62,801 nucleotides of DNA, from IMG/VR virus record IMGVR_UViG_3300031460_000001, positions 1-62,801 of that record. One strand, 5' to 3'. The position numbers and the translations under genes were made by a program. Under the pieces are notes generated by a model. That model was not told the DNA's origin and ran no database searches. It saw only the letters and a list, made by a program, of their open reading frames with translations. Positions 38,913 through 49,282 of the stretch are shown piece by piece. Numbering within the stretch: position 1 is the first letter of the stretch; every line of letters begins with the position of its first letter. Source of the stretch: a virus. Its lineage: Duplodnaviria; Caudoviricetes.

Positions 38913-38913
38913 G

Positions 38914-39273
38914 ATGGCCCCGCACGATCGCCGCGGCTTTCTCCGCGGCCTCGCCACCTTGCCGCTCATTGGCGGCTCGGTGGCCATCCTGGGTAAGCCC
39001 ACGCAAGCCGCAGTGCCGGTCACGATGGACCTGGTGCAGAGCTATCAGGCTTGGCTGCACTACGAGCACCGCATGCTGTCCTACGAAATGGCCGGCTACG
39101 ATGTCCGGCTGGCCCAGGGCATCGAGGGCTGCACCCACATGAACAACCCCGGCGCCGACTATCACTTCAGGCAGCCGTACACCGGCCGACCGCTCGCCGG
39201 CTGGCCCGATGCCCCGCAACCCTCCACCCGCGCGGCCGTGGTGCTGAGCGCGGTGGGGTGCCCGCTGGGCTGA
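38914..39273 (+). CDS. Hypothetical protein with twin-arginine-like N-terminus
   Basis: DRRGFLRGLATLPLIGG; C-terminal PSTRAAVVLSAVGC. Confidence 0.6.
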   Translation: MAPHDRRGFLRGLATLPLIGGSVAILGKPTQAAVPVTMDLVQSYQAWLHYEHRMLSYEMAGYDVRLAQGIEGCTHMNNPGADYHFRQPYTGRPLAGWPDAPQPSTRAAVVLSAVGCPLG

Positions 39274-39411
39274 ACGACCGAACACCGAAATTCCCCATCG
39301 CCAGTGGGGATTAAAGCGCGACGCTTCCGAGCTTCATCAGCCCGGTTGGTCGCACAACGACCACCTGCGCGCTTCAGGCCTGGCGGGCCGGCGCTGATGA
39401 GGACTAGAACC

Positions 39412-40383
39412 ATGAAACTTCCCACAGTAGAAGTCGCCATCGTCAATCCTGCGATGGCTATCGAGTGGCTCAGCAACGCGCTGTACGAAAGGCAGCGTAA
39501 GCGGGCCGAATGGCACGTTCGCAGACTTTCCATTGAGATCACAAAAGGTCGCCTGATACCGGGCACGCAGATTCACTTCTGTATTCTGAATGGTAAGCAG
39601 AGGTTGATTAACGGGCAACACACGCTCGCCGCGATCGTCAAGGCCGACAAGCCAGCGGTCCTGACGATCCTTAAGACGGTGGTTTCCTCCGAAGAGGAGG
39701 TGGGCCAGTTTTATGGGCGTCACGACCGGCATCGTGGCCGCACCCCGCATGACGCGCTGGGTGCCATGAATATGGCCGCGAAGCTTGATCTATCGGAGCC
39801 CGAGGTCAACGCCTTTGCCACCGGCCTTCGCTGGATCGAAAGCGGCTTCCGCCGCCTATCGGTCCACACCGACCCTGAACTTAGCGGATCTAATGACCGT
39901 ATCGCCGACTCTATGATGGAATGGGGCAAGATCGCCGGCCTCTATTTCGATGCCGTCCGGAATGCTCATCACGGCATGAAGGCGGCGTTTCGACGCGGGC
40001 CGGTGGTTGCGGTCGGGCTAGCAACGTTCAAGCATCAGCAGGACAAGGCGTCGCGGTTTTGGAGTGTTGCCGCCGACGAAGACGGGATGACCAAGAACGA
40101 TCCACGCAAGGCCCTCAACGACTATCTTCGGAAGACCACGTCCAGTTCTGGTGATCCGATCCTCTACATGAGGAACGTGGCGGCAGCCTGGAACAAGTTC
40201 TACGAGGATGGGACCCTGACGTTTCTTCGGCCGAGCGATGCCGGGAAGGTCGGCATCACGCTTCGCGGGACGCCCTACAAGGCCACAATCCGAAAAGGTG
40301 GCGTACAGGCTGGGGACGACCCTGACCCGACCCTTCGGCCCGCACCGAGTCAGCGCACTCTCGGCGAAGAGGCGAGGGCCTGA
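39412..40383 (+). CDS. ParB/DGQHR-like domain protein
   Basis: NP..A.EWL...RQR...LINGQHTLAAIV (variant of DGQHRL). Confidence 0.6.
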   Translation: MKLPTVEVAIVNPAMAIEWLSNALYERQRKRAEWHVRRLSIEITKGRLIPGTQIHFCILNGKQRLINGQHTLAAIVKADKPAVLTILKTVVSSEEEVGQFYGRHDRHRGRTPHDALGAMNMAAKLDLSEPEVNAFATGLRWIESGFRRLSVHTDPELSGSNDRIADSMMEWGKIAGLYFDAVRNAHHGMKAAFRRGPVVAVGLATFKHQQDKASRFWSVAADEDGMTKNDPRKALNDYLRKTTSSSGDPILYMRNVAAAWNKFYEDGTLTFLRPSDAGKVGITLRGTPYKATIRKGGVQAGDDPDPTLRPAPSQRTLGEEARA

Positions 40384-40385
40384 TC

Positions 40386-41078
40386 GTGATCCGAGTTCAG
40401 GAAATCGCCAGCACGTCATTCTCCTATGACTTGCTGACCGAAGAGCAGGCGGTTTCGGCGAAAGCCGATGCCGTTTGGGTCCGTGAGCAGTATGCCACCC
40501 TGGAAACCACGGCGCTTGAAACCTCCGTGGCGATCGGTCGACGCCTTCTTGATGCACGAGAGCGGATCGGTCACGGCCATTTCCTGCAATGGGTGGAGAA
40601 GGAGTTCAACTTTGGAGTCCGCAACGCCCAAAAGATGATGCAGGTCACAGAGCGCTTTGGGGAAAATACGAAACGCGTTTCGCATTTACCTCAGCGAACC
40701 GTTTATCTCCTCGCCGCGCCCTCCACCCCAGAAGCAATCCGAGAGGAGGTTCTAGCGAAGCCCCCCGAGCAAGCCCCAACTTTCGATCAACTTCGCGATC
40801 TCGTGAAGGATGCCAAGGCGAGCGAGCGCAAGGCTCGCGAGGTCGCCAAGATGCCCGCACCTCAGCGCAAGCGGGTTGAGCGTCAAGAGACAGCCAAGGC
40901 GAAGGAAGACGAGCGGTGGCGGGAAGAGCAGCGTCGGGATAAGGATGCGGCGGTCGCGGCGGTCGCTCGCCTTCAAGAGAATCTCGGCGATAGCTTCGCT
41001 GAGATCGGCTCTCTCATTCGGGATGCCGGCGCCATCAGATTTCGAGAGGCGCTGATTATGGCGCTGGACGCTGCGTGA
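40386..41078 (+). CDS. DUF3102-like protein
   Basis: IGRRL..ARE...HG.F..WVE.EF....R.AQ.MM; LY.LAAPSTPE. Confidence 0.75.
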   Translation: MIRVQEIASTSFSYDLLTEEQAVSAKADAVWVREQYATLETTALETSVAIGRRLLDARERIGHGHFLQWVEKEFNFGVRNAQKMMQVTERFGENTKRVSHLPQRTVYLLAAPSTPEAIREEVLAKPPEQAPTFDQLRDLVKDAKASERKAREVAKMPAPQRKRVERQETAKAKEDERWREEQRRDKDAAVAAVARLQENLGDSFAEIGSLIRDAGAIRFREALIMALDAA

Positions 41079-41087
41079 GGCGCAAAG

Positions 41088-41342
41088 CTACTCCCACTGC
41101 GCTACTCCACCGTGGCGCGAGCACGTCCCGCGTCGGTGTTCCGACATTGAATGCGAACCATCCCTGCATATCGCCGACTCACCCTGCAGGTGGACCGATG
41201 GCGAAACGCATGCGGGGTCTTGGATCACGTGGCCCGAGATGTTGACGTAAGTCCCACCCGCGTCGTGACAGGCTGGCTTCGATCGCGCGAGCGACGGAGA
41301 GCAGGCGATCAGAAGGATGGCGGCGGCGACCGTAAAGCGCAT
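41088..41342 (-). CDS. Secreted DUF3761-like protein
   Basis: Signal peptide; Y.N.SG; SA.CRDG..S.S.H.RGTCS.HGGV..W. Confidence 0.75.
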   Translation of the reverse strand: MRFTVAAAILLIACSPSLARSKPACHDAGGTYVNISGHVIQDPACVSPSVHLQGESAICRDGSHSMSEHRRGTCSRHGGVAQWE

Positions 41343-41471
41343 GGCTCTCTCCCTGAGATAGGGGCGGAAACATGGCATTTGCGGCTGGAATGAGTCAACC
41401 ATGGCGCATAGGCCGTCTAGCGCTGCGCTCCTATCGGTGCTTTCCTTCGTTCCCTCATCGGAGGGAACGCC

Positions 41472-42083
41472 ATGCGCTTATCAATTGCCGCGACCCTGGC
41501 TGTGTTTCTGTCGGCAACGACCGTTCACGCCAGTTTGCTCACATGCACCGAGTTTCGCCATCGGTTGACTGATGCCATCAGCGAAGGTGGCGGTAAGGTC
41601 GCGCAAGCTGACCCGTTCGTTCAAGAACGTGATGACCCAGGTATCGGAAAGAAGTTTTCCTGGAAAGGTATTGTAGGTCTGGACGGTGGTTTATCCTGCG
41701 GTCCTCAAAATCAGTTTGAATCGTTCTCGGCTGAGATTGATACTACTGACACAAATACCTACGACAAGTTTCAAGGAGTTGCACCGCGACTGGTCAATCT
41801 TGCCGCTGCGTCAGTCCGCGCCCTCACCTCTTCGTCCTATTCCGAGGCCGAAAAGTTCGCCGTCACCATGTTCGGGGCCGCGGTGCGAGGCATGAAAGCC
41901 GAAGTTGATCGCGGTGAGCGGATGCCGGCAGGAATGAACGACACCTATCTGTATCCTGAAGTAGACGCCGAGTTCGCTATCACGCCGGTTGGCGTGTCCT
42001 GGCTTCTCGGACCGCAGAACGGTCACACGATGGATGCGGCGCGTCTACCTCTCGTCCCAGAACTAAGGGATGGCACTCCATGA
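41472..42083 (+). CDS. Exported hypothetical protein
   Basis: Signal peptide MRLSIAATLAVFLSATTVHA; GAGGG RBS. Confidence 0.6.
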   Translation: MRLSIAATLAVFLSATTVHASLLTCTEFRHRLTDAISEGGGKVAQADPFVQERDDPGIGKKFSWKGIVGLDGGLSCGPQNQFESFSAEIDTTDTNTYDKFQGVAPRLVNLAAASVRALTSSSYSEAEKFAVTMFGAAVRGMKAEVDRGERMPAGMNDTYLYPEVDAEFAITPVGVSWLLGPQNGHTMDAARLPLVPELRDGTP

Positions 42084-42523
42084 CACCCCTCGCCGACGTG
42101 ATCGCTGGCCTGAAGCGAAACCAACTTGCGTTGAAGTTCGGCCTCGAACGCGAGGTCCGGCTCGGCATGGAAGCTGCGGCCGTGGAAGCCCGATCTTTCA
42201 TCGGCGTAGAACAGCCCGGATGGGCTGCGCTCGCCGAAAGCACCATCGCTGAAAAGCAGCGTCTCGGCTATCCGACCCCGCACCCGCTGGAACGGACGGG
42301 TGAACTGAAAGACAGCATCTCAAGCGAGACGGAAACGATTCCTGGGGGCGTCCATGGCGTCGTGGGGTCCACGTCGGATCTCGCCGTCCTGCATGAAATC
42401 GGCACCTCACGGATGCCAGCCAGACCGTTCCTAGGACCCGCCCTGATGTTCACGGAACCCAAGATCGCGGTCGCGCTGGCTGAACTCGCCGTGCGAACCC
42501 TCACCCCAGGATCCCGCCCTTGA
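42080..42523 (+). CDS. Virion morphogenesis / HK97 gp10-like tail completion protein
   Basis: WA.LA.STI..K...PL.RTGEL.DSI...E.GTSRMPARPFLGPA. Confidence 0.8.
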   Translation: MTPLADVIAGLKRNQLALKFGLEREVRLGMEAAAVEARSFIGVEQPGWAALAESTIAEKQRLGYPTPHPLERTGELKDSISSETETIPGGVHGVVGSTSDLAVLHEIGTSRMPARPFLGPALMFTEPKIAVALAELAVRTLTPGSRP

Positions 42524-45500
42524 GTGAAGTCTTCGCAACCGGCGCATCCCTCACCCTCCTCGATCATTTTTCGCCCGAGCTGCGGAAGATCATCGCGGGG
42601 CTAGAGGGGTTCGACAAGTCCGTCCAGACATCGCAGGCCGAACTCAGGAAACTCGGTTTCGGCGACCTCGCCGTTCGCGAGGGCAAGAAGCTTGACGCGC
42701 TAGTCGGCATGACCGGCGTCGTCGTCGACAAGATGACGGCGCACTTTGATCGTCTCGGGCTCGGCGCCGACAAGGCCTTCGACGCCGTCAAGGCAGCATC
42801 GGCCGGCGCCTTCACGGCCATGAAGACGGAGAGCGGCGAGGCTATCGCCGCGACGGTCACCGACATGGGCAATCTGTCCAAGGTCGCGACAGCTGATTTC
42901 GATGCGGTTAAGCTGGCAGCGAGTGGCGCCTTCGGGCAACTCGACGCCGACGCCAAAGCGGCCGTCAGCGGCGCCCTCACCGCGCTCGGTGACCTATCCA
43001 AAGGTGCGACAACCGAGTTCGACGCCGTCAAGGCTGCGTCTGCGGGGCTGTGGACGGGCCTGAGCGATGCTGCCAGCGCCTCGGTTGATGCGGCGCTCGG
43101 CAGTATCGGACGGCTCGACGCCGCCCTTGAGGCTGCGACCCTTCGTATGAAGGGCATGGCCGATGAAGCCGCCGCGGCTTCGGTACGGGCGGCCGGTGTG
43201 GCACCCGTTTCAGGTGTGGGACAGGCCGTCGTGACCGGCGGTGGCGCATCGCTGCGCACGCGCACGATGGCTGCGCACGATCAGAACAACGCCGCGCATG
43301 GCGGCTTCCACTTCCGCCCGCATGGCATGGCGATCCCAGGCGCTCACCTCGGGATGAGCCAGGGCGGGGGTGGCATGGCGCCGCTCGTCGGCGGTCTGGT
43401 GATCGGTGAGCTTCTCAAGAAGGGGGTTGAGGCCGGCTTCGATTTTAAGCATTGGGCGTCCGGCATGAATGGCGCCGGATTCTCCGATGCCCAGGTCGGT
43501 GAAGCTACGCAAGCCGCATGGGCAAATGCCGGGGCAAATCCAAATGCGTCGGCCACGGACAGCCTAAAAAACATCTTGGAGTTGAACAAAGCAACGGGCG
43601 ACCTCGCCGAGTCGATGAAGCTGTTGGGCGCGTTCTCAACTGCCGAAATGGGAATGCAGTCGGTCAAGGCCGAAGGGCTGCATTCCAAGTTCAACGGCGG
43701 CACGCAAGTATTGAACCTTGCACGGAGTCTTGAAGAACTCGGCGTCACGCAGATGGGTAAAACGCCCGAAGAGCGCGAAGCCAACGTCAAGCGTTATACG
43801 ACAGAAGCAATTCGAACGATGATCGCCTCGCGCGGTCTGTTTGATGGCAATGCTCTTTTCGCCTTGACAAACAACTCTGGCGGTGCCGCCCAGAATTGGG
43901 ACATGCGAATGGCTACGGTTGTCGCTCCAATTATGGGCGACATCATGAAGCACAGCAAAATGGGTAACGCCGATTACATGGCACTCAAGTCTTACGCTGG
44001 AGGCCACATTGCTTCTGATGCCGTTCAAGGTCTGATGAAGTATGGCTTGACCGACAAAGACGATACTTTCCAGGACCCGAAAGGAAGCTGGCATCTTAAG
44101 GCGAACAGCCATTTCGCCGAAGGTATGATGGCCAACGTCTATGACTGGAGCGCGGGTAAACTAGACCGTTTGCGTGAGCACGGTTTCGACCCGTCCAATC
44201 AGAAACAAATGGCCGAAATGGTCAATGAGATCGGATCAAACAAGAGTACCGGCGCAATGATGCGTATGGTGTTCGAACCTCTGACGCGCCTTCAGCTCCA
44301 AAAGGAGATGGACCTTCGCGACAAGGTGCCGACCGATGCCGCTGGCATCCTGCAGAACACCGACCCCGTCCTCAAGATGGACGCTCTCCACAAGAAGACC
44401 GAGGATTTTCTGACAGCGCTCGGTGGTCCTTTGGTGGACCCCGCCATCGCGGTTCTCACGAAACTGACATCGGGCATCAACGCCTTCGCTCAGGCCATGG
44501 AAGCTCATCCGGACCTCACGAAAGTGGGGGCGATGGGAGCCGGCGTCGCTGCGCTCGGGCTAACCGGCTACGGCGCCGCGCGAATGCTCGGTTTCGGTGG
44601 TGGAGGTGCTGCTTTGTCGGGCGCCGCTACGGCGCTCGATGCGTCCGCATTGGCTTTGAAAGAAGCTGCGGCGGCTTTGAGTGGGCGTGGGGTCGGAGGG
44701 TTGTCGGGTGGTGGCGTCGGTGGTCAATCTCCCGGCTATGCTTCCCTGATAGGGGGTACGATACCCTTAGCTTTGATGCTCTACAAATTGGCAGAAGGTA
44801 TGCCCGGCGAGTTGAAGCGCGCCGAAACCGACAATAAACCAGTCGACCCTTCTCTTGCACATGACGCCGTCATGGGCGATGCGATTCGCCACTATTGGAA
44901 AGACCATAATCCATTCGATATGGGCGCCCATGCGGCAGAGGGAGCGCCGATCCCAGGTCTCAAACCTTCCGGCGTCATCGGGCAGGCCTCCACGGCCATT
45001 GCCGGACGGCTGGGGCTTCCTGCCGGCATCGACATGTCGGGAGCGATCGAGCGCGCGACCGCAGGCCTCGGGCTGCTGCAAAAGCAGGAAGAACTGAACG
45101 TCTGGCAGTTCGGCCAGCTCACCACGTCCACCGGCATCGTTAAGGCATCGTTCGACGGGCTGAACGGTGGGTCCAGTGCGCTTAACGAAAACTTCGCCGG
45201 CCTCGGCACTGGCTCCTCTGGGCTTCGGTCTGCCCTCGACATTCTGACACAAACTGCCATGGGCGCGGCTCGGGCCTTGGCCAGCGTGGCGCTGTCGGGC
45301 GGCGTTGGTGGTGGCGGGTTCGGAGGTGGCGGGGGCGGGTTCACCAACGCCAGCTACGGCGGAGGCGGGGGCGGATTTGGCGGAGGTGGGGGCGGCCCCA
45401 TCAACCCCGGCACGCACGGCTGGTGGACGACCGATCATCAATCTCACGCGGTTGACGTGCTCATGAAGGGCGGCGTCTCCGAACTCGGCGCCAAGGCGCT

Positions 45501-46080
45501 TGTCTCGCGGTGGATGAACGTCGAGGCGAGCGGCGGTCCTTCCACCGTCAACGGCATCGGCGCGAGCGGCATCGGGCAATGGCTCGGCGCTCGTAAGGCC
45601 GGACTTCCCGGCGATTTCGACGGGCAGCTCCGCCACGCGCTCGGCGAATTGCACGGTTCCGAAAACCGCGCGCTCGGCTACCTCAACTCCGGCTCGGCAC
45701 TCGGCGCCGCCACTGGCGCGTCGCAGTTCGAGCGGGCGGAGGGCTACAATTCCCGCACCGGCATGGACAACTTCACGGCTCGCACGCTTCGCGGCATGTC
45801 GGCTGTTTCTGGAAGCGTATCGGCAGGCCGTCCCGCCGCCACCGTCTCGGCTCCTCCGCCCCGCAAGGTGAGCCCCGGCGCCCCGGCGAGCGGCAACATG
45901 ACGACGGCGATGAACGACACCCGGCCGCAACAGCATCACATCTACCTCGACGGGAAGAAGATCGCCCAAGTCGTCACGAAACATCAGGCCACGGCGATGC
46001 GGTTTCCGAACAGCATGGGGGGTCCAGACCCGCATGGACACTATACCTCGCCCGGCACGCCCTTGAGCGATGTTGCCTGA
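42520..46080 (+). CDS. Tape measure protein with C-terminal phage tail lysozyme domain
   Basis: 1186 aa, Ala/Gly-rich, with 40-aa repeats FDAVK.A; C-terminal EASG...GIGQWLG.R...QL...EL...FER. Confidence 0.85.
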   Translation: MSEVFATGASLTLLDHFSPELRKIIAGLEGFDKSVQTSQAELRKLGFGDLAVREGKKLDALVGMTGVVVDKMTAHFDRLGLGADKAFDAVKAASAGAFTAMKTESGEAIAATVTDMGNLSKVATADFDAVKLAASGAFGQLDADAKAAVSGALTALGDLSKGATTEFDAVKAASAGLWTGLSDAASASVDAALGSIGRLDAALEAATLRMKGMADEAAAASVRAAGVAPVSGVGQAVVTGGGASLRTRTMAAHDQNNAAHGGFHFRPHGMAIPGAHLGMSQGGGGMAPLVGGLVIGELLKKGVEAGFDFKHWASGMNGAGFSDAQVGEATQAAWANAGANPNASATDSLKNILELNKATGDLAESMKLLGAFSTAEMGMQSVKAEGLHSKFNGGTQVLNLARSLEELGVTQMGKTPEEREANVKRYTTEAIRTMIASRGLFDGNALFALTNNSGGAAQNWDMRMATVVAPIMGDIMKHSKMGNADYMALKSYAGGHIASDAVQGLMKYGLTDKDDTFQDPKGSWHLKANSHFAEGMMANVYDWSAGKLDRLREHGFDPSNQKQMAEMVNEIGSNKSTGAMMRMVFEPLTRLQLQKEMDLRDKVPTDAAGILQNTDPVLKMDALHKKTEDFLTALGGPLVDPAIAVLTKLTSGINAFAQAMEAHPDLTKVGAMGAGVAALGLTGYGAARMLGFGGGGAALSGAATALDASALALKEAAAALSGRGVGGLSGGGVGGQSPGYASLIGGTIPLALMLYKLAEGMPGELKRAETDNKPVDPSLAHDAVMGDAIRHYWKDHNPFDMGAHAAEGAPIPGLKPSGVIGQASTAIAGRLGLPAGIDMSGAIERATAGLGLLQKQEELNVWQFGQLTTSTGIVKASFDGLNGGSSALNENFAGLGTGSSGLRSALDILTQTAMGAARALASVALSGGVGGGGFGGGGGGFTNASYGGGGGGFGGGGGGPINPGTHGWWTTDHQSHAVDVLMKGGVSELGAKALVSRWMNVEASGGPSTVNGIGASGIGQWLGARKAGLPGDFDGQLRHALGELHGSENRALGYLNSGSALGAATGASQFERAEGYNSRTGMDNFTARTLRGMSAVSGSVSAGRPAATVSAPPPRKVSPGAPASGNMTTAMNDTRPQQHHIYLDGKKIAQVVTKHQATAMRFPNSMGGPDPHGHYTSPGTPLSDVA

Positions 46081-47258
46081 TGGCCTTCCTCGACGCCAGC
46101 GCGCTATTCCACGTGCGTTACCCGCGCGTGTGGCTGTCGCTCGGGGGTGCGATGCTGCCTTGCCTCACCGCGACCGTCACGCGCAAGAGCGAGCGATCAT
46201 CCGATACGTTCTCTGCCGAGTTGAGTGTCGATGAGACGGCATCGGCCGGCTACGGCTATGCCGAATGGGCCGACTATCAGCCGGTCGACGTCGAAGTTCT
46301 GATGTCGCTAGACGGCACTGATCCAGTCTCGGTCATAACCGGCCGCGTCGACGAGCCGAAGATCAATTGGGATGGATGCACGGTGTCCGTATCTGGCCGT
46401 GACAAGGGCGCGACCCTCACGGAAAAGCGTCGCTCGCAGCAATTCAAGAACCAGAAGTCCGGTGACATCGTCTCGACTATCGCGCATGATCATGGACTGA
46501 ACGCGGCGGTCACGGCGGGGCAGGACTTTGCTGGGAAGATTTACGACCAGGACACGGTCCACCACGTTCTGAACTTTTCCGACCACGAGATCCTGTCTCG
46601 CCTCGCTGGTCGTGAAGGTTTTCGCTGGTACGTCGACGGCTCGGATCTCGTCTTTGAGCCGAAGGGCACCGACGCCAACACCTACGACGTCCAGTGGGTG
46701 CCGCCAGATGGACAAGGGCGGGTGGGAGTCGCCACGTGCACCGCGCTCACCACGAAGCGCAATATGACGGCCGCTAAGCCGCACGCGATGGCTGTGCGCT
46801 CTTGGAATCACAAGGACGCGAAGCACTATGACGGTATGGCCCAGGCTGGCGGCATCGGGTCGGACACGGTAGCGGTCGAGCATCACCACAATGGCCGCAA
46901 TCAAGCCCAGGTTGACAAGATCGCGGATTCGCGTCTCAAGGACGCCATCCGCCACGACTGCTCGGTCACAGTCGAGGCGCCGACTGATCTCTCGGTCACG
47001 CCGCGCATGAAATTGAACCTCAGCGGCACCGGCACGATCTTCGATCAGCTCTATGATGTGGACTCGGTCACGATCACGACTTCGTGGAACGGCTCCGAGA
47101 TGACGGTCGAGGGCAAGATCGCCAAATCCGGCCGCTCCGGCACCGACGACACCGGCTCGACGCGGAATACTGCGCCCCTGCCGCCGCCCCGCCCGCCGGG
47201 GATCGGTAATTCGCCCGTAACGACCCCGGTCGGATCGGGTGGGATCGGCTCTGCGTGA
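46080..47258 (+). CDS. Baseplate hub (gpD/gp44-like)
   Basis: TG.VD; SGRD; IA..HGL; L.RLA..EG; located after the tape measure gene. Confidence 0.75.
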   Translation: MAFLDASALFHVRYPRVWLSLGGAMLPCLTATVTRKSERSSDTFSAELSVDETASAGYGYAEWADYQPVDVEVLMSLDGTDPVSVITGRVDEPKINWDGCTVSVSGRDKGATLTEKRRSQQFKNQKSGDIVSTIAHDHGLNAAVTAGQDFAGKIYDQDTVHHVLNFSDHEILSRLAGREGFRWYVDGSDLVFEPKGTDANTYDVQWVPPDGQGRVGVATCTALTTKRNMTAAKPHAMAVRSWNHKDAKHYDGMAQAGGIGSDTVAVEHHHNGRNQAQVDKIADSRLKDAIRHDCSVTVEAPTDLSVTPRMKLNLSGTGTIFDQLYDVDSVTITTSWNGSEMTVEGKIAKSGRSGTDDTGSTRNTAPLPPPRPPGIGNSPVTTPVGSGGIGSA

Positions 47259-47836
47259 CCGACGTCGACGAATTCACAAATCATGTGAGAAGGATCGTCC
47301 ACGAGGTGATGGGGCGATCGCAGTTGAAGTGGACCCTCGTCTGCACGGCTTACAATCCGAAGACCCACGCCGTGAAGGGGATCATTCAGCCTCATGGCAT
47401 CGAGTCGGGTTGGGTTCCAGTCGCGGCGCTTCATGTCGGCAACGGCTTCGGGATCCTCGTCGGACCACGCGTTGGCTCTGCCGAAAAGCTTGATGGCCAA
47501 GTCTTCGATCTTCACCAGGACGGTGGCGATCCAGACGTCATGGTCGCGCATCACCGCCAATTCTCGACGCCCGAAACGCCTCCGCAAGTTCAGTCCGGCG
47601 AGATGCTGCTACAGCACGAAAGCGGCAACAAGGTCTTCTTTGCGGCCGACAAGAGCGTGACCGTGGTCGGCCAGAGCGGTTCCCAAACCAAGCACCACGC
47701 CGATGGTAGGATCAGCATGAAGCCGGCCACCGGCAAGAATGCCTATTACGGCGGCGATCCCGAACAAGGCGGCAATTTCGATCTCGTCAAAACCGTCAAC
47801 GGGACGGCGCAGAACGTCATGGCGAAGATCGGCTGA
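47255..47836 (+). CDS. Baseplate spike (gpV-like)
   Basis: Y.P....VK..IQP..IESGW.P......GNG.G; P.V.SGE....H.SG. Confidence 0.8.
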   Translation: MTDVDEFTNHVRRIVHEVMGRSQLKWTLVCTAYNPKTHAVKGIIQPHGIESGWVPVAALHVGNGFGILVGPRVGSAEKLDGQVFDLHQDGGDPDVMVAHHRQFSTPETPPQVQSGEMLLQHESGNKVFFAADKSVTVVGQSGSQTKHHADGRISMKPATGKNAYYGGDPEQGGNFDLVKTVNGTAQNVMAKIG

Positions 47837-47840
47837 CCCC

Positions 47841-48329
47841 GTGCCCAACGACGCCCTCGCGCTCGGCCTCTTCCTGTTCACGGATTTCGCGGTGCCCGAG
47901 ACGCTTCCTGGTGGCGGCAAGCAGCAACTCAGGGTCCATAAGTTGCCGGGGGGCGACCGCATCGTCGATGCCATGGGGCCGGACGATGAAGACCGCTCAT
48001 TCGAGGTGCTGCACGTCGGCTCGGGTTCGGCCGACGATGTCCTGCTGTTGGACCAGATGCGGATCTCGGGCCTGCCCTATCCCTATTCCAACGGGATGGA
48101 AGCCCGCATCGTCGTCATCGCGTCGCACACGTGGAAGGTGGAGAAGTTCCCCAACGTGATCCATTCGTCGATGACCCTAACGCCCGTCGACAACCCAAGC
48201 GGATCGGGCGCTACCGTATCCTCGATCGACAGCTTGATCGGTTCCGACCTCGGTGGCGCGAGCGGCGTCGCGGCCGACAATGTCGCGAACTCGGTCCCGC
48301 TCGGGCAGGGCGGCATCGGCCACGCATGA
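47841..48329 (+). CDS. Tail tube initiator (gpU-like)
   Basis: L.LG.F.F..F.VPE....GG.Q.L.VHKLPGG.R..DAMG.D. Confidence 0.65.
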   Translation: MPNDALALGLFLFTDFAVPETLPGGGKQQLRVHKLPGGDRIVDAMGPDDEDRSFEVLHVGSGSADDVLLLDQMRISGLPYPYSNGMEARIVVIASHTWKVEKFPNVIHSSMTLTPVDNPSGSGATVSSIDSLIGSDLGGASGVAADNVANSVPLGQGGIGHA

Positions 48330-48655
48330 TCTCGGCACAGATCACGTCCGACCTCGCGCTACTGTCGACATCGGTCCAGGCCGCGGCCCCGATCAAGACC
48401 GCGACACCGTTGCGTAAGGCTGCTTTAGTGTCGGCGGGATACGCGCTGGTAACCGAGATTGATACTGGCCTCGCCGGAGCCGCAGGCGGCCTCGACGCTG
48501 CCGACCCCGCCGGATACGCGGGCGATCTCGTCGCCGCGCTCATGGGCCTCGCCACGGCTGCCTATGACCAGGCCACGCTCGCCGATATGCGCGGCACGGT
48601 CGGACGCGCGATGTTCAACCTTTCGGTGGCGACCGGAACGGCACTGACGAGATAG
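48326..48655 (+). CDS. Hypothetical baseplate-module protein
   Basis: ATGA-coupled; Ala-rich. Confidence 0.5.
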   Translation: MISAQITSDLALLSTSVQAAAPIKTATPLRKAALVSAGYALVTEIDTGLAGAAGGLDAADPAGYAGDLVAALMGLATAAYDQATLADMRGTVGRAMFNLSVATGTALTR

Positions 48656-48669
48656 GTGGGATCATCCCG

Positions 48670-48900
48670 ATGGCCGACCCACTCGTTCCCTACATCGGCT
48701 CCAGCCTGCCCGCCAAGATCGTCGAGACGGACGGCATCACGACGTTGTTCCGCTACGCCGCCCGCGAACTCGGTGACGCCTTGGCATGGTGGCAGATTGC
48801 CGAGCTGAACGGCTTGTCCGATCCATGGGTGAGGGCGGGCGTGAAGCTGGCCATCCCTGTCAAGGGCCAAACCGCAAACGATGGGCTCCCGCTTGCCTGA
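48670..48900 (+). CDS. LysM/gpX-like baseplate protein
   Basis: TLF..AA.ELGDA..W..IA.LNGL.DPW......L.IP. Confidence 0.75.
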   Translation: MADPLVPYIGSSLPAKIVETDGITTLFRYAARELGDALAWWQIAELNGLSDPWVRAGVKLAIPVKGQTANDGLPLA

Positions 48901-49273
48901 TTTCGATGTGCCGTGGAACGGAGATTTTGACCTGACACCAGATGGCGACCTCGCCATGGTAGACGGGATCGACCTCGACAATCAACATATTGAGCGCCGC
49001 TTGCTGACCGCTGTGAATGGCGCATTGTTCCACCTGGACTATGGGGCCGGACTGCCGCAACGCATCGGCCTCACCGCCCTCGAACGCGGCATCAAGGCCA
49101 TCGTTCGCCAGCAAATCTATCTCGAGGCCACAGTGGCCCGCGTTCCGGTGCCGGTCATCACGGTCCAATTCAAGGCCGATGCCGCCGGGCTCTGTTCGAT
49201 CCGTATCGACTATACCAATGCTGTGTCGAACACGACGGCCTCGATTGCTCTTGAAGTGCCGACTGGCCGCTAG
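48881..49273 (+). CDS. Baseplate wedge (gp25/gpW-like)
   Basis: GDL..VDG....Q...RRLLT.......H.DYGAGL. Confidence 0.75.
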   Translation: MGSRLPDFDVPWNGDFDLTPDGDLAMVDGIDLDNQHIERRLLTAVNGALFHLDYGAGLPQRIGLTALERGIKAIVRQQIYLEATVARVPVPVITVQFKADAAGLCSIRIDYTNAVSNTTASIALEVPTGR

Positions 49274-49282
49274 GAGTCTGCA

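Noticed and set aside
45295-45400. GGC/GGT-rich repeats in the tape measure gene (also in the tail fibre, 52340-52870) as a second GGY array
   Set aside because: Period-3 glycine codons within long ORFs, not period 5.
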